Part shown: positions 59,290 through 64,000 of the stretch, piece after piece | Numbering within the stretch: position 1 is the stretch's first letter | How the letters are laid out: every line of letters begins with the position of its first letter | Origin: Plasmodiophora brassicae | Lineage: Eukaryota | Assembly (NCBI GenBank): GCA_036867785.1 | Contig: CP145414.1 | Span: forward strand, 930,001 to 994,000 | Length of the DNA: 64,000 bases | Reading direction: 5' to 3' | The notes under the pieces: generated by a model | What the model saw: only the letters and a program-made list of their open reading frames with translations | Databases searched by the model: none | Told to the model about the DNA's origin: nothing | Position numbers and translations under genes: made by a program

Positions 59290-60248
59290 TTATTTGGATG
59301 ACTCTCTGAGCCAGTCGTACTGATCTAGGACGTGCACGTTCGTCAGCTGGTACCGTCGTTTCTTTTGTGGCGCGCGACCCTTCGGCGCCCGCTTCGTTGG
59401 ACGCTTCATGCGTGCGCTGGTTTGATGCCCCGTCTCTAGTTCGTCCACGCTCATCAGTCCAGCAGCGTGCAGTCTGAGATCCAAATCAGACGTTAGCGAA
59501 CCGTCCACCACACGTTCCAGAAGCTCGAGATACGTACTCCCGCTCCAGTTCGACGTCGTCACCCGGCATGTTTACGTCATCCCATAGCCGTTTGATGTCG
59601 TCATCAACTTGTACCTCCAGGCGAGCATCCCTGGGGTACAGCATGGTCTCCTTCGATTCCGTATTCGCAATTGCATATATGAGTTCGGATTCCTTAAGGG
59701 TCTGAAAGCAGGTCGGTCTCACGGCCACAACGGAACGGACGCCGCCAATATGACCTGTACGTCAGCCTCGACGCCCACGTAAGCATCGGCAAGGCTCTGG
59801 ACGCTCAGCCCTTGTCTGTGCCTCGCTAGTAGGGCGCGAAGGTCGTCGACGTTGTTAACACCAGGATGCACCGGCTGCAGACCACACACGTTCGTTAACG
59901 GAACGGTACGGGATCCACGCGCGGACCCATCCTACGTTGTACGACAGCGCATCGTCCCTGTGCGCCACGCGAGCATGGGCAATCAGGTTCGACAGCAGCG
60001 CCGGGTGCGCCGTCAGATCGAGGCGCAGTCGGCTGGTGCGAATGTCGTCGAACGTCCTCCAGCCGCGGTTCTCGCGCAGCCACGACAACACATCGTCCTG
60101 CAGCTCGCGAATATGCTACCGACGCGCGTCAGCGACCACCGGCCACACACACACACACACACAGCCCGCCGGGACACAGACGTACGCGCTCGGGCCTCGC
60201 CGACTCCCGGCTCGTAAACCCATGGCGGGACGCACCCGTCTTGATCAT
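59290..60248 (-). CDS. GTF2E2: General transcription factor TFIIE beta subunit, multi-exon
   Basis: Winged-helix-type exons, GLSVQSLADAY, VDDDIKRLWDDVNMP..ELE..L..AGL, basic tail with LTNVH. Confidence 0.78.
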
Positions 60249-60437
60249 CGATCGCCCGCACAGTCAGCGAACACTGGGCCCGCGCAGGCCGCCGTCTTCC
60301 GCGGAGTCTGACGGGCCCAGCGACCGCCGAGAGGGCGAGTGGGACACTGAAGCGCAACTGAACCGAGGCGGTTGGCCTGCGCCGACGTATTATATTCACG
60401 TTGGTTAGTGGGTTTCGCCCAGGTTGACGAGGGGGCT

Positions 60438-61332
60438 TTAGGGCACGCCGGCCCAGGCCGACTGGGCGGCAGAGGCGAAGAAGAGGAGGGCTCCGACGAT
60501 GGAGACGGTCGTCCCGGAGATGCGCGTGGCGAGCAGGCGCCCGGCGTAGCAGGCGATGGCGCTGCAGGTCGTGTGGGCGGCAAGGCTCCCTGGGCGGGTG
60601 CGTTGAGCAGGGCCGATAGGACGACGGTGCGGAATGGGTACCGACTAGAATGTACGTAGTCGGGATGCGGTCGGCGATCATGGCGAGCAGGGCGATCTGC
60701 GATCGATCACCACATTCGCCGAGCAGCGTCAACGTGAAGGATTTCGCTAGGCCGGTCATGTTTCGCCGCCTGGACCGGCGGCGCTGTCGCCGGGCGGGCG
60801 AGTACGACTGATGCGATCTGAGGCCGAACAGGTCAGGACGGAGCAGTGATCCCGGCCATGTGCCGCCGCCTACATGAGAGACTCAACGTCGGTGTCGGAT
60901 GCGCTCCCTGGGTCGGTGTGGGCCGCAACGCCAGCAACCTCAAGCCCATCGTCGTTGTCGTTCGTGAACGCCTCGACGAGCATCTGGAGACCGAACGCGA
61001 TGTAGAGGACGATGGACCCCCAGTGCAGGTAGGCGACCGGGACGACCCGCAGGAGCTCGGAACCGACGACGACTGTGTGCATAACGTGACGTTATCAGCG
61101 ATGCAGGGCGACGCCGGGCGAGCGTTTGCGACGACCCACCGGCCAGCGTCGACGTGATGGCGTTGGCGACGGACGACCCGATGAAGACCATGCTGGGCGC
61201 GAACGACATGGCCAGGATCAGCGCCAGCATGAACGTCTTGTCGGCGAACTCGGACGCGGCGATCACGGCGAACGCCTGGACCAGGCCGTGCCAGGGTCGT
61301 GTCGCGTCTGCCGGCCCGCCCCACATCCCCAT
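60438..61332 (-). CDS. GDT1: GDT1/TMEM165 (UPF0016) Ca2+/Mn2+ transporter, multi-exon
   Basis: Two motifs, SEFADKTF and GECGDRSQIA, within TM repeats. Confidence 0.85.
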
Positions 61333-61568
61333 GCGGTCGGCATGATCGCCAGGCGACCTGATCCGGCACAGATCCGATGGGCGGTCGGCCACCATTCCGA
61401 TACGGTTTGTTCATCGTTGGCCAGCGCACTATTCCACAGGTACCGGCCGCGCTCCCCTCCAGCGCAACGTGATATCCAATGGGACAGAGATACGGGCAGG
61501 AACGGTAGGGTCGGTCGGTACGGACACGGTACGGAGGCGCGCTCGTACCCAGGTGGCTAGGTGGTACG

Positions 61569-62780
61569 ATGCTGCTGTGTGCTACTGCGTTCGTGGCGCT
61601 CGCCCATGCGCTTCTGGTGCAGACGACGACAATGGCGTCTGGAGATAACAGGCCTACCGAGGTCCGCCATGTAGACGACGTGCACACGTTCCAAACAGCT
61701 GCACCCACCGCTCCCGCGCCACCGCCTGCCTCGCTGATATCGACGCGCACTCGCCCGCTCACTACGCCGACGATGGCGCTGACTCGAGCACGAACGTTGG
61801 CGCCCAATCCATTTCCGCCTCCCGTTCGTTCGACTGCGCTGCGAGTTCGCATGCGGTCCCCTGCGCGAAGTTCCGTGCATCGTGCAATCGCGGCGACAAC
61901 CGTTAGCCAGGCGCAGCCTGCATCGAAGCAGCGGACGGCGACGTCACCGACCCGACCCATGCCTTCCAGTCAGCTCCAGTTTCCTGACATTACGACGGTT
62001 GGCAGCACGTTTACGGCCAGCTTGGTTGACACGGGTCTGGGCGTCGACTCCACATCATGGACGTCTCGCACGAAGTCCAACTATATAGCGTATGCGACGA
62101 CGGCCATTTCGTTCAGTATCCCGTCGTCCGACCACCGGATCGTCAACGTCGACCTGGTCCCTGACCAGGCACCCCCGCAGCAACGCACCGTGCTCTCGTT
62201 CGTCGTCCTACCGCGAACGCGCAGCAACGTCGACACCGACTATGCGATCGCAGCAGCGTTCCGAGCCGAGATGCAGGTTGCCAACAGCACGATACGAAGC
62301 GCCCTGCCGGTGTCATTCGCTGGACCGCCGCCCGTAGAGGTCAACATCACTTCAGTTCTTGTGAAAGTCTGTAGCACGGACGACTATGTCGTTGTTCGGC
62401 ATCCAACTGGTGGATGCCCGGCATCGGTCGCTGCTTCATACGACGCGCCGCCAAACGTTGCCGCTGTGACCGCCCTTGTCGCTCTGGTTGTCGCCTGTCT
62501 ATCCCTGTTCGCGTACGTTGTCTGGCAGCTGTGCATGCAGCGCGTCCGACGGCAGCAACGCGCGTTGGGTGCACACATGGCCGTCCTGGCGGCGAGTTTC
62601 CCGGCACAATACGAGCCAACGATATCGCCAATGCCCGCACCTGACCCCCAGCGGCCAGGCAAGGTACGTCGCTGGGACGAACGCCGGGCACTGCACGCCA
62701 AAGCGATGTGTGAGAGGGCCCCGCCACCAGACACCGATGCCGACTGGACGGTCGCAACGCACAGCACCATAAACAGGTGA
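61569..62780 (+). CDS. Type I membrane protein: signal peptide, Thr/Pro-rich stalk, SEA-like beta region, single TM
   Basis: Intronless 403-aa ORF with hydrophobic N-terminus and TM VAAVTALVALVVACLSLFAYVVW. Confidence 0.6.
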   Translation: MLLCATAFVALAHALLVQTTTMASGDNRPTEVRHVDDVHTFQTAAPTAPAPPPASLISTRTRPLTTPTMALTRARTLAPNPFPPPVRSTALRVRMRSPARSSVHRAIAATTVSQAQPASKQRTATSPTRPMPSSQLQFPDITTVGSTFTASLVDTGLGVDSTSWTSRTKSNYIAYATTAISFSIPSSDHRIVNVDLVPDQAPPQQRTVLSFVVLPRTRSNVDTDYAIAAAFRAEMQVANSTIRSALPVSFAGPPPVEVNITSVLVKVCSTDDYVVVRHPTGGCPASVAASYDAPPNVAAVTALVALVVACLSLFAYVVWQLCMQRVRRQQRALGAHMAVLAASFPAQYEPTISPMPAPDPQRPGKVRRWDERRALHAKAMCERAPPPDTDADWTVATHSTINR

Positions 62781-62890
62781 ACCGGGCCCGTTAAAATGAA
62801 CGCTGGCCACTGCAGAGTACACAGGTCGGAAAATATCACGACATAGGTAGATATGGTACTGGTGATCGGAACGCTCGTAAGAGGCGTATC

Positions 62891-64000
62891 ATGAGGTTGA
62901 CGGGCGTTATCGCTTGCGCGGCCCTAGCCGGCCTAGGGCTGGGGCAGGCGCCGCTGGCAGCAGTTGACGATACGTGGTTGCTGAATGCGTTCAACAACCT
63001 GCGCAGCAATGTGAACCCGCCGGCGACGAATATGAACCGTCTGCTGTGGAGCCCGACGCTGGCCAGCAGCGCCCAGACGAAGATCAATGCGTTTGCCAGC
63101 TGCAGCAGTGCAGACGGCGTGTCCAGTGCGCCATACGATTTCATCTACGACTACTTCCATGGCAACTACCAGGGGTCGTTCCAGTTCTGGGCGTCCGAAG
63201 GCAGCAGCGGGCCGGAATACAGTGAGATCTCGTGGGCCACCTATACGGCGATCGGATGCGCGGCCTATGGACCCTGCACTCAGTCGTCGAACTTCCTCCT
63301 CTGGTGCTACTTTCAGGGGCCGACATCCTGGTCCAAAGCGTCCTCGCCGTACAAGTCAGGGACGCCGGCGTGTTCACAGTGCCCGCTGGCGTATACAAAC
63401 TGTACGGCGAACCTGTGCTCGATTCCGACCTCATCGCCGGCGCCAACTCCAGCGCCAACACCGGCGCCAACTCTAGCGCCAACACCAGCACCGACTCCAG
63501 CGCCAACACCAGCACCGACTCCAGCGCCAACACCAGCACCGACTCCAGCGCCAACACCACCACCGACTCCAGCGCCAACTCCAGCGCCAACTCCAGCGCC
63601 AACTCCAGCGCCAACTCCAGCGCCAACACCGGCGCCAACACCAGCGCCAACTCCTGCGCCGACAGCAGCGCCAACTCTTGCGCCGACAGCAGCGCCAACT
63701 CCAGCGCCAACTCCAGTGCCAACAGCAGCGCCAACTCCAGCGCCAACAGCAGCGCCAACTCCAGCACCGACAGCAGCGCCGACACTAGCGCCAACTCTTG
63801 CGCCGACAGCAGCGCCGACTGCAGCGCCAACCCCAGCGCCAACACCAGCGTCAACAGCAGCGCCAACGCCTTCGCCAACTCCGTTTCCGACGTTTGGGCC
63901 AACACACTCCGCGCCGCCTTCGCCAGCACCATCTCCACTGCCATCGCCAGCTCCATCCCCAGCAGCATCGCCAACTCGAAGACCGTCGTCGGCACCGTCG
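62891..64000 (+). CDS. Secreted CAP (SCP/PR-1) domain protein with Cys-rich hinge and long PTPA repeat; runs off the window end
   Basis: [70 protein letters not shown]. Absent from the ORF track because there is no stop in the window. Confidence 0.85.
   Translation, partial: MRLTGVIACAALAGLGLGQAPLAAVDDTWLLNAFNNLRSNVNPPATNMNRLLWSPTLASSAQTKINAFASCSSADGVSSAPYDFIYDYFHGNYQGSFQFWASEGSSGPEYSEISWATYTAIGCAAYGPCTQSSNFLLWCYFQGPTSWSKASSPYKSGTPACSQCPLAYTNCTANLCSIPTSSPAPTPAPTPAPTLAPTPAPTPAPTPAPTPAPTPAPTPAPTPPPTPAPTPAPTPAPTPAPTPAPTPAPTPAPTPAPTAAPTLAPTAAPTPAPTPVPTAAPTPAPTAAPTPAPTAAPTLAPTLAPTAAPTAAPTPAPTPASTAAPTPSPTPFPTFGPTHSAPPSPAPSPLPSPAPSPAASPTRRPSSAPS
63436..63860 (+). repeat. 12-nt coding tandem repeat (PTPA/PTAA)n
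   Basis: Repeated gcgccaactcca / gcgccaacagca units. Confidence 0.95.

Noticed and set aside
60144-60162. (CA)n microsatellite
   Set aside because: Short intronic simple repeat with no sign of function.
63141-63995. 284-aa minus-strand LALE-repeat ORF
   Set aside because: Antisense shadow of the PTPA repeat in the plus-strand CAP gene.

Overview
Eukaryotic, gene-dense, GC-rich genomic DNA with many short (~50-60 nt) GT-AG introns carrying CTGAC-type branch points and intergenic gaps often under 300 bp. This style suggests a plasmodiophorid protist such as Plasmodiophora brassicae (inference, not a database match). About 30 protein genes can be reconstructed across introns: WDR46/UTP7, HGD, glutaredoxin, STK16, two Cdc25, a Qbc-SNARE, SRRT/Ars2, two cytochromes c, BUD23, WDR93, RPL41, STOML2, a CNT transporter, PDK1, RNF121, BTG, TFIIE-beta, GDT1 and a CAP protein, among others. 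I found no tRNA, rRNA or CRISPR. The most notable items are: a ~10.6 kb locus reading as myosin motor-IQ-CH-MABP-Sec7(ArfGEF-like)-PH-FYVE; an eIF4B-like repeat protein fused to a W2 domain; a signal-peptide-bearing degenerate Rab-like GTPase; a PH-PH-RGS-FHA protein and two 7TM-RGS genes; an inverted piggyBac-like transposase duplication next to a glutaredoxin pseudogene; and a displaced intron between the cytochrome c paralogs. All gene models and domain calls were made by eye from motifs, so exon boundaries are approximate.
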